Source: Rubripirellula sp. (GTDB lineage Bacteria; Planctomycetota; Planctomycetia; Pirellulales; Pirellulaceae). Taken from it: DNA of 64,000 nucleotides. The stretch lies in NCBI GenBank assembly GCA_965216875.1, contig OZ244207.1, forward strand, positions 2,272,001 to 2,336,000, in the 5' to 3' direction. The number at the start of each line of letters is the position of its first letter. The stretch's first letter is position 1. Below are positions 1 through 11,445 of the stretch, piece after piece. Made by a program: the position numbers and the translations under genes. Below the pieces are notes generated by a model. It saw only the letters and a program-made list of their open reading frames with translations, ran no database searches and was not told where the DNA came from.

Positions 1-1107
1 GGCTTGAGCGTTTTTCTGCGCCGTGATCTCTTTGGCAAATGACGCAACACCCACCGGACGATTATGGTCGTCCATGATTAGCGACACGGTGACAAGGACA
101 GGGATCTGGTTGCCCTCCTTTGTCATCCGCACACCTTCGATGTCTCGCACCTCCTCGCCGGCCCGGCACTGCTCCAACAGCTCGTCAGCGAATTCGTGCC
201 CCCACTCAGGAATGATCACCTTGATCGTTTTGCCCAACAGCTCCTCACGACTCCAACCGTATAGGTTCTCGGCGGCTTGGTTCACGTCCGTGACGATGCC
301 GTCAAGATCTTCGAGGATGATCGGGTCGGCGGCGTCGCGAAACACGGCGCTTAGACGCCTCGCTTCATTTTCCGCGGTCCGCAGCCGGCTGACGTTCTTG
401 GCAAAACTCACCACAACATCATCATCTCCGTCTTGCCCCTTCACGAGGGAGACGGTGACGAGGACCGGGATGATCGTTCCGTCCTTTGTCAGGCGAGCGC
501 CATCGACGTCCCGAATAATCTCGCCTTGTTTGCATCGCTCGAACATTTCGTCCGCCGCGGCGTGCGATGCTTCGGGAATGATTTCCTTGATCGACTTTCC
601 GACCAGTTCGTCCCGGTTCCACTGGTACAGTTTCTCGGCTGCGTGATTCATGTCGATCACAACACCGTCGAGATCTTCGATGATGATCGGGTCGGTCGCG
701 TCGCGAAACACGCTCGAAAGCATGCGAGCTTCTTTTTCGATCGCGCGAAGCTGACGGATATCACGAGCCACCGTCGCGATGGCTTGAACGTTACCGTCGT
801 CGTCCTTTAGCAACGAAAGCGAAAGAAGCACGGCGGTTGGCGGCCCGCCTCGCGGCAAACGCTCGGTGCGAATATTTCGTATCGCTTCACCGGCGCGACA
901 GCGTTCACGTAGACGCGTACCGTGACTTTGCCACTGAATCGGGATCAGCATCTTCATCGATTGCCCGACCAACTCGTCCCGAGTGTAGCCGTACAACCGA
1001 ACGGCTTCGTCGTTCGCTTCGAGGATGTTTCCATCCAGGTCTTCGATAAGAATGGGATCAATGGCGTCGCGAAACAACGCTTCAAACCGCTCGAAGGCGA
1101 TGCTCAT
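1..1107 (-). CDS. Multi-PAS-domain sensor protein (3 tandem PAS domains visible; continues beyond the window's left edge, probably a histidine kinase or other signalling protein)
   Basis: Missing from the ORF track because it has no stop in the window. Manual translation from ATG 1107 gives MSIAFERFEALFRDAIDPILIEDLDGNILEANDEAVRLYGYTRDELVGQS..., and the FRDAxDPIIxEDLDG...N.AAE.LY.W.R.ELxGK PAS motif recurs three times. The frame is open to position 1. Confidence 0.9.
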   Translation of the reverse strand, partial: MSIAFERFEALFRDAIDPILIEDLDGNILEANDEAVRLYGYTRDELVGQSMKMLIPIQWQSHGTRLRERCRAGEAIRNIRTERLPRGGPPTAVLLSLSLLKDDDGNVQAIATVARDIRQLRAIEKEARMLSSVFRDATDPIIIEDLDGVVIDMNHAAEKLYQWNRDELVGKSIKEIIPEASHAAADEMFERCKQGEIIRDVDGARLTKDGTIIPVLVTVSLVKGQDGDDDVVVSFAKNVSRLRTAENEARRLSAVFRDAADPIILEDLDGIVTDVNQAAENLYGWSREELLGKTIKVIIPEWGHEFADELLEQCRAGEEVRDIEGVRMTKEGNQIPVLVTVSLIMDDHNRPVGVASFAKEITAQKNAQA

Positions 1108-1383
1108 CAGTGGTTCAGCCCTTTGTGAAAAGATTCGTGGCCAACAGTATCGCCGATTTGACAAAGAATTCCAGGTTGCCTCGCATTGCAGAAACGCGGA
1201 ATCACCCTGAGATGCAAATGACCAGCGGGGTGCATCGCTACCTCTCACACTTTACAATGTGCTTTCCCGATTCATTGCGATTTGCCGACCTGTTCGGTTA
1301 CGCAGACTGAATCGACTCGTCGTCGGCAATCGGTTGGATCATTGTCCCAACCTTTCAACTGAGCTGCATGGTGCCATACCGCT

Positions 1384-3108
1384 GTGGGAAGTTTTCGCAT
1401 AACCCCCTTTCGTTTCACCTTCGCGTTGATCGTCGCATCATTGTGCGTCTGTCCACCGGCACAAGCGAAAACCTCAACCAGCTCGAACCCTCTCGCACCC
1501 GCTGATACATCAAGTCCGCGAGCAACGCTCAAGAGTTTCATGGAGGCGATGCAGACGGTCTATCTCCTGGTGTTGGACGAACGCGAAGGGGCCTATGTTT
1601 CGGGTGAGGTTCAGTCCGAAGCGGCCGAACTCGTCTTTGATTGCCTCGACACAAGTGACCTCGCCCCCTCAGTTCGCATGAGCGCGGCAGCCGAAGCCGC
1701 AATTTGCTTGAAGGAAACGCTTGACCGGATTCCCCTGCCCGAAATGTCCGAGATCCCTGGCCCCGAACAGTTGGAGGAGGCTGCCGAGGAGGGAAGGGTG
1801 ATCGAAGCTTGGACGATTCCCAGAACGGAAATCACGATCCGACGGGTCAGCGAAGGCCCACTCCAAGGCCGCTACCTATTCTCGCCCAGAACCGTGGATT
1901 CGGCTTCGGATTACTACGCCCGCGTCCAGCACCTTCCCTACCGCGATCCGAATACCGCGAGTGTCGACTTTTATAAGTGGTATCTTTCCAATGCCGGTTG
2001 GATGATCCCTGACGGCTGGATCCGGCAATTGCCCGAGTGGACGCGTCGGCGGTTTGGCGGCCAGGTGGTTTGGAAATGGATCGGTCTGTTCTTTACCGCA
2101 CTGTTCACCATCGTAGCAATGGTGTCGGCTTATTTCCTCGGACGAAGATGGACGATCCACTACGGCAAAGTCCACCTTGTTCGATACCTGATCACTTGGC
2201 TGTTCCCGATTGTTGCGATGCTTGTGCCGCTAATGGCACAGTCGTTCATCATGCACCAGTTGCATATCTCCGGCACGCCGCTGGCGATCGCCAACACAAC
2301 CCTTTACGTCGTCTTTCTGCTTTCACTTTTTGCTGTCGTCATGGGCGCCGGCAATCGCGTTGCCGAAATCTTGATCGCGTCGCCAAAGATCCACCCGAAG
2401 GGCATCGATGCTCAATTGATTCGCTTGTTGTCGAAGGTGATCAGCTTGGCAGCTGCGACGGCGATCGTCCTTGAAGGTGGACGTTACCTCGGCGTGCCAC
2501 TGACCACCTTGATGGCCGGTGCCGGTGTCGGCGGTCTGGCATTCGCTTTGGCCGCGCAAGATACGCTCAAAGGCGTTCTTGGCAGTGTGATGATCGTGCT
2601 CGACAAGCCCTATCGAGTGGGCGAGCGTATCATCACGAAGAACTACGACGGCATTGTCGAAGAGATCGGTTTGCGTTCGACGCGCATTCGTCTCCTCTCA
2701 GGCCACCAGGTGACGATCCCCAACGAAGAATTGGCACGCAGCGACATCGAGAATGTTGGTCGTCGGCCGCACATTCGCCGCGTGACCAACCTTCGCATAC
2801 CACTCGACACGCCTCCCGAAAAAGTGGAACGAGCCGTCGAGCTAATCCGCTCGATTCTTGATCAACACGAAGGAATGCCAGAGGCCAATCCACCACGTGT
2901 GTACCTGAACGAGTTCAACAACGACTCTTTCAACATTCGCATGATCTATTGGTACGAACCAGCGGACTACTGGATGTTTCTCGAGTTCAGTCAACGCGTG
3001 AACCTACGCATCATGAACGCGTTCAAGGCAGAGGACATCGAGTTTGCGCTGCCATCATCGAAGTTTGTCATGTCCTCGGAAGAGGGCGATGACATCGCGT
3101 CGCCCTAG
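1384..3108 (+). CDS. MscS-family small-conductance mechanosensitive channel with N-terminal periplasmic domain
   Basis: Signal peptide ending AQA; DTSSPRATL motif; several TM helices; GAGVGGLAFALAAQDTL...DKPYRVGERI...GIVEEIGLRSTRIR...VTIPN MscS core. Confidence 0.93.
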   Translation: MGSFRITPFRFTFALIVASLCVCPPAQAKTSTSSNPLAPADTSSPRATLKSFMEAMQTVYLLVLDEREGAYVSGEVQSEAAELVFDCLDTSDLAPSVRMSAAAEAAICLKETLDRIPLPEMSEIPGPEQLEEAAEEGRVIEAWTIPRTEITIRRVSEGPLQGRYLFSPRTVDSASDYYARVQHLPYRDPNTASVDFYKWYLSNAGWMIPDGWIRQLPEWTRRRFGGQVVWKWIGLFFTALFTIVAMVSAYFLGRRWTIHYGKVHLVRYLITWLFPIVAMLVPLMAQSFIMHQLHISGTPLAIANTTLYVVFLLSLFAVVMGAGNRVAEILIASPKIHPKGIDAQLIRLLSKVISLAAATAIVLEGGRYLGVPLTTLMAGAGVGGLAFALAAQDTLKGVLGSVMIVLDKPYRVGERIITKNYDGIVEEIGLRSTRIRLLSGHQVTIPNEELARSDIENVGRRPHIRRVTNLRIPLDTPPEKVERAVELIRSILDQHEGMPEANPPRVYLNEFNNDSFNIRMIYWYEPADYWMFLEFSQRVNLRIMNAFKAEDIEFALPSSKFVMSSEEGDDIASP

Positions 3109-3197
3109 AATGCATCTTCGCTACGCCCGCCCGAGCGTGTGGGATGAAGTCATCGCGCTCGGCACGGCTGCATTCGGAATTGATCACCCGACTTGAC

Positions 3198-3407
3198 TCA
3201 CGGATCAAAATCGCGCGGATCACCATCGTCGCACTTTCTGCAATCCAACAAGTGTCCGACCATCTGTTTGCGACCTTCATCCGTCGTCACCCACTTGCGG
3301 TTCATCCAGGGTGGATCATGACGAACATGTTGATGATGCCCGCATTGCAACTTGGCAACCCAATGGTCCTCGTCGTCTTGATGAAAACCGATGATCTGCT
3401 GCTTCAC
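3198..3407 (-). CDS. DUF3565-family small Cys/His (putative Zn-binding) protein
   Basis: (M)KQQIIGFHQDDEDHWVAKLQCGHHQHVRHDPPW..R.WV...CRKC; GTG start at 3407 preferred over the 3419 start in the track. Confidence 0.8.
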   Translation of the reverse strand: MKQQIIGFHQDDEDHWVAKLQCGHHQHVRHDPPWMNRKWVTTDEGRKQMVGHLLDCRKCDDGDPRDFDP

Positions 3408-3522
3408 TTTGTCGCACAACGAGGTTGGAGAAGAAGTATCGCTTGAAGAACTGCTGACACCGCGTCTACTTTACAACAAACAGTCTGACCGCATCATCAG
3501 TTCACAACGAAGGTTCTTGATC

Positions 3523-4350
3523 GTGAGCGGAGCGACAAGCTCTCGCGAAAGCGCTGCCAAACGTCCATCCACACCGTCGGCTGCAAAGTCCGAACCGTTG
3601 CGTCCCAAAGAGCACGGCGCCTATGGCATACTTGGCGTGCCTCTCATCACGGCACTGCTGATTGGCGGCATCAACACCGGCGCACTTCTTATCTTTGTTG
3701 CCGCGGTCGCAGGCTTTCTTGCCAATGAACCCTTGTTGGTACTTTGGGGCAATCGTGGAAACCGCGCAAAGCAAGCGCATCCTCATGCGCGTCGGTCGGC
3801 CCTGCGACGCATCTCCGTTGCCATCGTCTGTGGCTCCGTCGCGTTGTTCCTCGTCGACGACGTGACGCGTTGGTTTCTTGCTGCATGCCTGATCCTCGCG
3901 AGCCTCGGTTTCTCGTTCGCGGTTGGCGGCAAGCACCGCAGCCTCGCTGGTCAACTTCTAGGCATCATCGGATTGACGCTGCCATCGGCGGCCATCTTGA
4001 CGAGTGCTGGAATTCAATGGGGCGAAGCACTGGAGTTCTGGGCGGCCTGGGTCGCCGCGTCGTCGGCGGCATCAGTTTGTGTTCGGGTAACGATCGCCAG
4101 CATCAAACCGACCACGACCGCAGCCGACATTCGCATGCACGATGCTCTGCTCGTCGTCGCGCTCGGCAGTTTCGCCGCCGGCGTCCTTTATGGACACCGT
4201 TTCTGGTGGGCGTTGTTGCCGATGTTCGTCTGTGCGGTTGCTTTAAGGATCGCACGTCCCCACCCGCGCCACCTCAAACGCATTGGCTGGGCGTTGATTT
4301 TCGCGAACGTTCTCTCCGCCACCTTGATCATTGCACTCTGGAATCACTAG
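3523..4350 (+). CDS. YwiC-like integral membrane protein
   Basis: PKEHGAYG N-terminal motif, about 8 hydrophobic helices, C-terminal 'LKRIGW'; start uncertain (GTG 3523 avoids overlap with the DUF3565 gene). Confidence 0.8.
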   Translation: MSGATSSRESAAKRPSTPSAAKSEPLRPKEHGAYGILGVPLITALLIGGINTGALLIFVAAVAGFLANEPLLVLWGNRGNRAKQAHPHARRSALRRISVAIVCGSVALFLVDDVTRWFLAACLILASLGFSFAVGGKHRSLAGQLLGIIGLTLPSAAILTSAGIQWGEALEFWAAWVAASSAASVCVRVTIASIKPTTTAADIRMHDALLVVALGSFAAGVLYGHRFWWALLPMFVCAVALRIARPHPRHLKRIGWALIFANVLSATLIIALWNH

Positions 4351-4565
4351 CGGTTTTGGGGGTGAAAACCAGTCGTGTGAATTGACGGACTGGGTGTCGC
4401 CAACGAAACTAGGCGGTCCCAATGGAGCGCTGAAAGCGGGGGCATCCTTCCGATTGGGCCCGTTGGAAAACCGAACCGATCATCAAGTCGCGCGTCAACG
4501 TTGAATCAACGCTGCCGGCCAATTCGGTTCGATCAGGAAATGGCATACCAACCGAAACGAATCTT

Positions 4566-5549
4566 GTGGCGGACGACTCAAACAACCACCTCTATTTGGG
4601 CATCGATGTTGGCGGAACCGATGTCAAATTGGGACTTGTCGATTCGACGGGGCAAATCCACGCATGTGACCGAACACCGACGCCCCAACTCGGAACTCCG
4701 GAGCGTGTGTTCGAATACGCAATCCAATTTGCTCGCAGCGCCCAAGCTGGATTGCCGTTTGACGAGGTCTCCGGTGTCGGGCTTGCGGTTCCCGGTGTAC
4801 TCGATACACGCGAGAGCATTCTTCGCGAAGTCGTCAATCTGCCCGGTTGGATCGGCGTGCCCCTTGCAGCCGTCTTGGCCGAGGTGACCGGCCTCGGCGC
4901 GTCAGTGGTCAACGACGCAAACGCGGCGGCCTATGCGGAACACAACCTGCGCGACTTGGGTGATCGGTCGTTGGCGTTAGTGACGCTTGGCACTGGCATC
5001 GGTTGCGGCGTGGTGGTGGGAGGTTCTCCGTACGGCGGCGACCATGGTTGCGCCGGCGAACTCGGGCACATTGCGATTCGGTTCGGCGAGGAAGCGCTCG
5101 ACTGTACTTGCGGCAGTCGTGGTCATCTCGAAACCTATGCCGGCGCTGGCGGCGTGATGCGTCGATTGCGTGAGCGCGCCTCGACGGCAAAACACGCGAT
5201 TGCGATCAACCTCGATACAGCGACACCCCGCGACATTGCTGCGGCTGCCGAGCAGGGCGACGCGCTTTGCCAAGAGATCATTTGCGAAACAGGCACACTT
5301 CTGGGCCAAGCGATCGGATTGATCGGCCAAGTGGTCGATCCCGAAGTCGTCCTGCTGGGTGGGGCGATGACCTTTGGAGGCTCCGGATCAAAAACGGGTG
5401 AATCCTTTTTGGCGTCCGTACGCGCGGCAGTCAAAGCCAGTACGCTGGTGCAAGTGGGCGGAAACATCAAAATCGACTTTGCATCGTTAGGAAACGATGC
5501 GGGGCTACTTGGCGCTGCAATGGTTGCCAAACAGGCGGTCAACAAGTGA
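4566..5549 (+). CDS. ROK-family sugar kinase (glucokinase / N-acetylglucosamine kinase-like)
   Basis: GIDVGGT, VVNDANAAAYAE, TLGTGIGCG, AGELGH, CTCGSRGHLE, LGNDAGLLGAA; GTGA overlap with the next gene. Confidence 0.93.
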   Translation: MADDSNNHLYLGIDVGGTDVKLGLVDSTGQIHACDRTPTPQLGTPERVFEYAIQFARSAQAGLPFDEVSGVGLAVPGVLDTRESILREVVNLPGWIGVPLAAVLAEVTGLGASVVNDANAAAYAEHNLRDLGDRSLALVTLGTGIGCGVVVGGSPYGGDHGCAGELGHIAIRFGEEALDCTCGSRGHLETYAGAGGVMRRLRERASTAKHAIAINLDTATPRDIAAAAEQGDALCQEIICETGTLLGQAIGLIGQVVDPEVVLLGGAMTFGGSGSKTGESFLASVRAAVKASTLVQVGGNIKIDFASLGNDAGLLGAAMVAKQAVNK

Positions 5550-7471
5550 TTGAACATCCAAGCGAACGAATTCCGTGTCGAATCTACAACCGTGCTTCGG
5601 ACGCAAGCGTGGCGGCCGCCAACGAAATCGCCGAGCTGATTCGGTGGCGAGCCGAGCGGGGCCAGACGTGCGTGATTGGCTTGGTCGCAGGGTCATCGCC
5701 CGTCAACGTGTACAGCGAACTCGTGCGCATGCATCGTGACGAAGGATTGTCCTTTGCGAATGTGATCGCGTTTAGCCTGGATGAGTTCTATCCGATGCAG
5801 CCCTACGAGCTGCAAAGCATTTCTCGCTTCATGCACGAGCACTTGCTCGATCACGTTGACATCAAACCATCGAACGTTCACATCCCCGATGGCACGGTCG
5901 CCAAAGATGAAATCAGCGAGTATTGCCGCCAGTTCGAACAGCAAATCCATGACGCTGGTGGGATCGACATCCAGCTCTTAGGAATCAATCGCACTGGGCA
6001 CATCGGATTGAATGAGCCTGGTTCGGACCGAGCGAGTCGGACACGAAAGATCACACTCGACAATGTGACGCGGACCGATGCGGCGAGCGACTTCTTTGGC
6101 GCCGAGAACGTGCCCCGCTATGCCATCACGATGGGCGTCGGCACGATTCTGCAAGCACGCAAAATCTTGTTGCTCGCGTTCGGCGAGGGCAAGTCCGCGA
6201 TCGTTGCGCGCACGATCGAAGGCTACGCAAACTCGAGTGTGCCGGCGACCTTCTTACAAGATCATCCCAACACAAGTGTGTTGCTTGACGAAGCCGCAGC
6301 GAGTGGTTTGACCCGCGTTCATTCGCCATGGCTATTGGGCGACGTCAAATGGGATGAAGGCACAATCAGGCGCGCGGTGATCGATCTCGCCGGTGACGTC
6401 GGCAAGGCCATCCTGAAACTCACCGACGCCGACTACAACGAACAGGGGCTCCAGGATTTGTTGGCCGCCCACGGCAGCGCCTACGACCTTAACTTGCGCG
6501 TCTTTCGGCACATGCAAGGGACGATCACCGGTTGGCCGGGAGGCAAACCTGAGCATGCCAAGCAAGCTGGTGATCGACCAGGACATCGTGACGACATTTT
6601 TCCCAAACGTGTGATTGTCTTTTCACCACACCCGGATGACGATGTCATCTCGATGGGCGGTACGCTGATCCGTTTGGTTGATCAGGGGCACGAAGTCCAC
6701 ATCGCCTATCAAACGTCGGGCAACATCGCCGTCTTTGATGAAGACGCTTTGCGTTTTGCCGAGTTTGTCGAAGACTTTTGCGAAGAGTTTCAAATCCAGG
6801 CCGATGGTCTGGACAAGCTCGCCTCGCACGTTGATGAATTCCTGCGGAACAAGCGATCCGGTCAGGTCGACAGCGACCAAGTGCAACGCATCAAAGGGCT
6901 GATTCGACGCGGCGAAGCGCGCGAGGGTGCGCGCTGCTGTGGCGTTGCCGACAAACACCTTCATTTTCTCGATCTGCCCTTCTACCAAACCGGCCGAGTC
7001 AAAAAGAGTCCGCTCGGCCAAGAAGACATCGACATCACCGTCGATCTACTAAGGCAGGTCAAGCCACATCAAATCTACGCGGCCGGCGACTTGTCTGACC
7101 CACACGGAACTCACCGCACGTGTCTGTCAGCGATCCTTCGTGGCTGCTTGGAATGTCGCAAAGACAACTGGTACGGCGACTGTGCCGTTTGGCTTTACCG
7201 AGGCGCGTGGCAGGAATGGGCGCCACATCAAATTGAAATGGCCGTACCTCTGAGTCCAGAAGAAGTTGCCCGCAAACGTGCCGCCATCTTCAAGCATGAA
7301 TCCCAAAAGGACCGTGCTTTGTTCCCTGGCTCAGACATGCGCGAGTTCTGGCAGCGAGCCGAATCACGAAACTCGGAAACCGCAAAACGATACGACGCCC
7401 TCGGTTTAGCCGAGTACGCCGCCATCGAAGGCTTCGTCAAATGGGACGGACAATCCGGAATCGAGCTCTGA
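5546..7471 (+). CDS. nagB: Glucosamine-6-phosphate deaminase fused to a C-terminal PIG-L/LmbE deacetylase domain
   Basis: LDEFYP, GGIDIQLLGI..TGHIGLNEPGS, AITMGVGTI (NagB); FSPHPDDDVISMGGT and DPHGTH (PIG-L). Confidence 0.93.
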   Translation: MIEHPSERIPCRIYNRASDASVAAANEIAELIRWRAERGQTCVIGLVAGSSPVNVYSELVRMHRDEGLSFANVIAFSLDEFYPMQPYELQSISRFMHEHLLDHVDIKPSNVHIPDGTVAKDEISEYCRQFEQQIHDAGGIDIQLLGINRTGHIGLNEPGSDRASRTRKITLDNVTRTDAASDFFGAENVPRYAITMGVGTILQARKILLLAFGEGKSAIVARTIEGYANSSVPATFLQDHPNTSVLLDEAAASGLTRVHSPWLLGDVKWDEGTIRRAVIDLAGDVGKAILKLTDADYNEQGLQDLLAAHGSAYDLNLRVFRHMQGTITGWPGGKPEHAKQAGDRPGHRDDIFPKRVIVFSPHPDDDVISMGGTLIRLVDQGHEVHIAYQTSGNIAVFDEDALRFAEFVEDFCEEFQIQADGLDKLASHVDEFLRNKRSGQVDSDQVQRIKGLIRRGEAREGARCCGVADKHLHFLDLPFYQTGRVKKSPLGQEDIDITVDLLRQVKPHQIYAAGDLSDPHGTHRTCLSAILRGCLECRKDNWYGDCAVWLYRGAWQEWAPHQIEMAVPLSPEEVARKRAAIFKHESQKDRALFPGSDMREFWQRAESRNSETAKRYDALGLAEYAAIEGFVKWDGQSGIEL

Positions 7472-7705
7472 TTCAGCAGGTCGACCGATGCACTAACCGT
7501 TTGTCGTACCGGCCCTTAGGGGAATCTTCAGACGCCACCGCCTAAGCGCAGGCCCAGGAACTCACCACAACAACGCGCGAGGTGCATTGGACGTAGGGTC
7601 GCTCGTTGAAAGTGCTTTTTGCGGCAGGATTCTTGGTCAGGTCAAATAAGTGACATGCCTTCCACGCGCGTTCCTGCCCCCTCCCCGCAACCTCCGAGAA
7701 AACCG

Positions 7706-10015
7706 ATGGCCTCCTTGAACCGACGACGAACACTGCAAGTCATGGGTGCCGGCACGGCTGCGATCGGAATCGCCAGTAACGCGTCGGCGCAATCTTCGGG
7801 GATCGAACCCACCTTTGCCGATTCGTGGCACCAGACACACGACCGCGTTTGGCTCGGTGAAGAGGTTTGGGCCAACCCGATGGAGGACTGGCGAGTCGTC
7901 GATGGTGCTGCCGAATGCCAGACGACCGGTGGAAACCGAAACATCCAATTGCTCACCCATCAGGTCACCAACCCCGAGGGTGCCTTTGGGATGTCGGTTT
8001 TGGTCGAACACGTCGAGACAAAGAAAGAAGACTCGGGAGCCGGCTTTCGATTCGGCATCCAAAGTGACCTGAACGAATACCGCAGCAACTGCTTTGCCAA
8101 AGGAGGCATCAATGCAGGCGTCGCGGCAGGCAAACTCTTGTTGGGACGAAAAAGCGATAAGCTCGCTGCGACTTCCGATGCCTATCGCCTGACCCTCTCA
8201 GGAGGACCCTCGGGTGACAACTTTCGCTTGACGCTGTTGGTTACCGATTCCCAAGGAAAGCAGCTTGGCCGGTTGAGCGAAACCTTCTCGCGCGATGCGG
8301 TCCTTGGCAACGTCGGGCTCGTGTGCAACTACAACGCGCGACTGAACAAAGGGCAAGGTGCAAGGTATCGATTCAGTGAATGGTCCGTTGGCGGAAACGC
8401 ATTCACCGTGTCGCCAAGCCACAAATTCGGGCCAATCCTTTGGGCGATGTACTCACTGAGCGACTCGCGATCCGACGAAGGCTTCGTGTTGAAAATCTCG
8501 GCGCTCACCGGACCACTCGGCGACCGTGATAACGACAAGGTCGAGCTGCGCGTCAATCGACAGGGCAAATGGGAATCGCTGGCTGAGGCGAAGCTCGATC
8601 ACGATGCTTGGACTGCAACCTTCCGCGTGCCTCATTGGGATGCGACGGCCGAAACGCCTTACCGATTGGTGTACCGGCAGAACCTACGCGACGGCGGTTC
8701 GAAAGCTTCCTTCTTTGAAGGCAAGATCAAATCGAACCCATCGGGTCGCCCGCTCAGACTCGGTGCGCTGACTTGCCAAAAGGATTACGGATTTCCTTAC
8801 CAGCCCGTTGCAAACAACATCGTTAAGCTCGATCCCGACATGATCTATTTTTCGGGGGACCAGCTGTATGAGAACCACGGTGGTTATGGGCTGATCCGCG
8901 AGCCGGCGGAACCAGCAATCCTGAACTACTTGCGCAAGTTCTATATGTTCGGAATGGCGTTTCGCGACGCGATGCGTGATCGACCCACCCTTTGTATTCC
9001 CGACGATCACGATGTTTTTCAAGGCAACATTTGGGGCGAAGGCGGAGCGCCGATGGCGGGGATTGCCAAGGGGGCGTCATCCAAAGGCGGCTACCGTGAG
9101 CCCGCGCGGATGGTCAATGCCGTGCACCGAACGTGTGCAGGACACCATCCCGATTACTACGATCCCAAACCCTGCAAGCAAGACATCAGCGTTTACTTCG
9201 GCGACATGGTCTACGGCGGAGTGTCCTTCGCAATCCTCGGCGATCGTCAGTTTAAGAGTGGCCCCGAACGCGTCGACACCGGGCCCGGTCGCGCCGACCA
9301 CGTGCCCGATAAGGATTTTGACACGTCGACGCTCGATCAGCCCGGGTTGGAACTACTCGGCAAACGCCAAGAAGGCTTCCTGCGAGAATGGGTCAAAGAC
9401 TGGCGTGGGCACTCGATGAAAGTGCTATTGAGCCAAACCGTCTTTGCGGGCGTCGCAACGCATCATGGTGGTGCGAGCGGTTATCTAAAAGCCGATCTCG
9501 ATTCGGGCGGTTGGCCACAAACCCCGCGTGACAACGCGATCCGCATTCTGCGTGAGGGGATGCCGCTTCATATTAATGGCGACCAACACCTGACAACACT
9601 TTCTCAATACGGTGTCGACAAGCAACGTGATGGCTGCTGGTCATTTTGCACACCCGCGATCGCTGCAGGATACCCGCGGTGGTGGCGCCCCGATGATGTC
9701 GGAATGGATCACCAGAACAGGCCCCAGCATGGTCACGACAACACGGGCGAATACACCGACGGTCTCGGCAACAAGGTCTATGTCTACGCCGTAGGTAATC
9801 CTGAAGTCGGAACCAAAAAGAACCGCTACGACTTGGCGCATCAGAAGGGAAGCGGCTTTGGCCTCGTGACCATTGATACGGTGGCAAAAACGTACCTGAT
9901 TGAAGCGTTTCGGTTCCTCATCGACGCGACCGATGGGAACCCGCAAAACCAGTTCCCTGGTTGGCCCGTGACGATTCACCAAAAAGAGAATCGCGGCGAA
10001 AACGTCGTTGCGTAG
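7706..10015 (+). CDS. Tat-exported PhoD-like metallophosphoesterase
   Basis: Twin-arginine signal [11 protein letters not shown]...[23 protein letters not shown] metal-binding motifs. Confidence 0.85.
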   Translation: MASLNRRRTLQVMGAGTAAIGIASNASAQSSGIEPTFADSWHQTHDRVWLGEEVWANPMEDWRVVDGAAECQTTGGNRNIQLLTHQVTNPEGAFGMSVLVEHVETKKEDSGAGFRFGIQSDLNEYRSNCFAKGGINAGVAAGKLLLGRKSDKLAATSDAYRLTLSGGPSGDNFRLTLLVTDSQGKQLGRLSETFSRDAVLGNVGLVCNYNARLNKGQGARYRFSEWSVGGNAFTVSPSHKFGPILWAMYSLSDSRSDEGFVLKISALTGPLGDRDNDKVELRVNRQGKWESLAEAKLDHDAWTATFRVPHWDATAETPYRLVYRQNLRDGGSKASFFEGKIKSNPSGRPLRLGALTCQKDYGFPYQPVANNIVKLDPDMIYFSGDQLYENHGGYGLIREPAEPAILNYLRKFYMFGMAFRDAMRDRPTLCIPDDHDVFQGNIWGEGGAPMAGIAKGASSKGGYREPARMVNAVHRTCAGHHPDYYDPKPCKQDISVYFGDMVYGGVSFAILGDRQFKSGPERVDTGPGRADHVPDKDFDTSTLDQPGLELLGKRQEGFLREWVKDWRGHSMKVLLSQTVFAGVATHHGGASGYLKADLDSGGWPQTPRDNAIRILREGMPLHINGDQHLTTLSQYGVDKQRDGCWSFCTPAIAAGYPRWWRPDDVGMDHQNRPQHGHDNTGEYTDGLGNKVYVYAVGNPEVGTKKNRYDLAHQKGSGFGLVTIDTVAKTYLIEAFRFLIDATDGNPQNQFPGWPVTIHQKENRGENVVA

Positions 10016-10084
10016 CAGCATCGAGTTGATCGGCATCGGTTTCGAACGTAGGACGCAATATTCGAAACCTGCTACAACTAGGAA

Positions 10085-11404
10085 ATGGACGAGCAATCAG
10101 AATCGAGTGAGTCAAAGCCGGAGCCGCGACGCCGGCTGCACCCATCAACCCTGGTTGCCTGCCTGCTTACGAGCCTCGCCCTGATTCTCTTGTTGTTTCC
10201 AGGACGAATTGATCGTCAGTGGGACGTCTACACCTCCAAAGACACGCTCAAGCCGGTCATTCCCCGGTTTTCAGATCGCGTCGATCTTCTACACGGTTGG
10301 CCGCTCACCTTCCTTGCCCGCGATCCGTTCCCCGAAACGACGCCGCCATCCGCAGGTATCTCGTATTGGGGCCTGACTACGAATGTTCGATGGTTTCGTT
10401 TAGACGCCCTGCTCGCGGACATCGTTTTGCTGGTCGCGTTGCTCTGGGTGACCGGCTGGCTGTTCGAGAATTGGCGGCGACGGCGCAACCATATCCTTCA
10501 GCTACACGTGATCGACGTTTTGTTGATTGCGGTGGTTGTTGCGGTTGGCTCAGGCGTCTTGGCATACCAGTATTCGGTCTTGCGACTCGAGCAGCGCGCT
10601 CTTGCGCGAGTCAACGCCTACCAGCCCAAGAGTGTCAACTGGGGCAACCGAACCTTCGACCGCGCCCGTTGGCAACCAAGTCGATTCGCGTGGATCAAAC
10701 AACTGTACGAGCACGAATACGTTTCGGTGTTCGACCGCATCGTCGGATTCGAAGTGGGCGGCGAGGAGTTGCCCCTGCTTTCCGAACTCAAGCACCTCCG
10801 CTTTGTCAACGTTCGTGGCACGGCGTCGAACGAGCAGCTACACACTCTGTCAAAACTTCCGGAACTCGAAGTGCTCGACCTGACCGTTTCGCAGTTGAAA
10901 GGAAGCGATGATGCTCTCCAGCTTCCGCCACTACCCAATCTTGCGGCGTTGAATTTCGGAGGTTCCGCTGCGTACCGCGGCGATGGCCTGGAACACTTGC
11001 AGGCTGTCACCACGCTCGATCTTACTGGAACCGCAATTGACGATGGAGGATTGGCAAAGCTCGCGGGACTAAAGAACCTCAAACACTTGTACCTCGATGC
11101 GACCATGGTCACCAACGACGGACTTGTGGTTTTGCAACAGTGTCCAGCGATCGAACGGTTGTCCATTCGCTTTGTCGAAATTGACGAAGTTGGACTGGCC
11201 CATCTTGCCGCACTCCCGAACCTTGAACTCTTGTACCTTTACCGAGTTGATCCGCTGTCCGATGAAGAGCAAGCGATCGTTGCCTCGATGCCACGATTGC
11301 GAAATCCGGACTTGGGACTTGCGCCCGATGAGGAACTTCGTGACCTTCGCCGGGCATTTGACTCGGACATCAAACGAATCTTTGACAACCAAGAGATTCG
11401 CTAA
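10085..11404 (+). CDS. Membrane-anchored leucine-rich-repeat protein
   Basis: Three N-terminal hydrophobic segments plus HGWP motif; LxxLxLxxT.IDD.GL..L repeats in the C-terminal half. Confidence 0.82.
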   Translation: MDEQSESSESKPEPRRRLHPSTLVACLLTSLALILLLFPGRIDRQWDVYTSKDTLKPVIPRFSDRVDLLHGWPLTFLARDPFPETTPPSAGISYWGLTTNVRWFRLDALLADIVLLVALLWVTGWLFENWRRRRNHILQLHVIDVLLIAVVVAVGSGVLAYQYSVLRLEQRALARVNAYQPKSVNWGNRTFDRARWQPSRFAWIKQLYEHEYVSVFDRIVGFEVGGEELPLLSELKHLRFVNVRGTASNEQLHTLSKLPELEVLDLTVSQLKGSDDALQLPPLPNLAALNFGGSAAYRGDGLEHLQAVTTLDLTGTAIDDGGLAKLAGLKNLKHLYLDATMVTNDGLVVLQQCPAIERLSIRFVEIDEVGLAHLAALPNLELLYLYRVDPLSDEEQAIVASMPRLRNPDLGLAPDEELRDLRRAFDSDIKRIFDNQEIR

Positions 11405-11445
11405 CAAGAACCACGCCAAATCTGCGAATAGCCCCCGACACGTCG

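Noticed and set aside
23..1128. Plus-strand ORFs 23..646, 433..810, 837..1049, 922..1128
   Set aside because: Antisense shadows of the minus-strand multi-PAS gene, which the ORF track missed because it runs off the window
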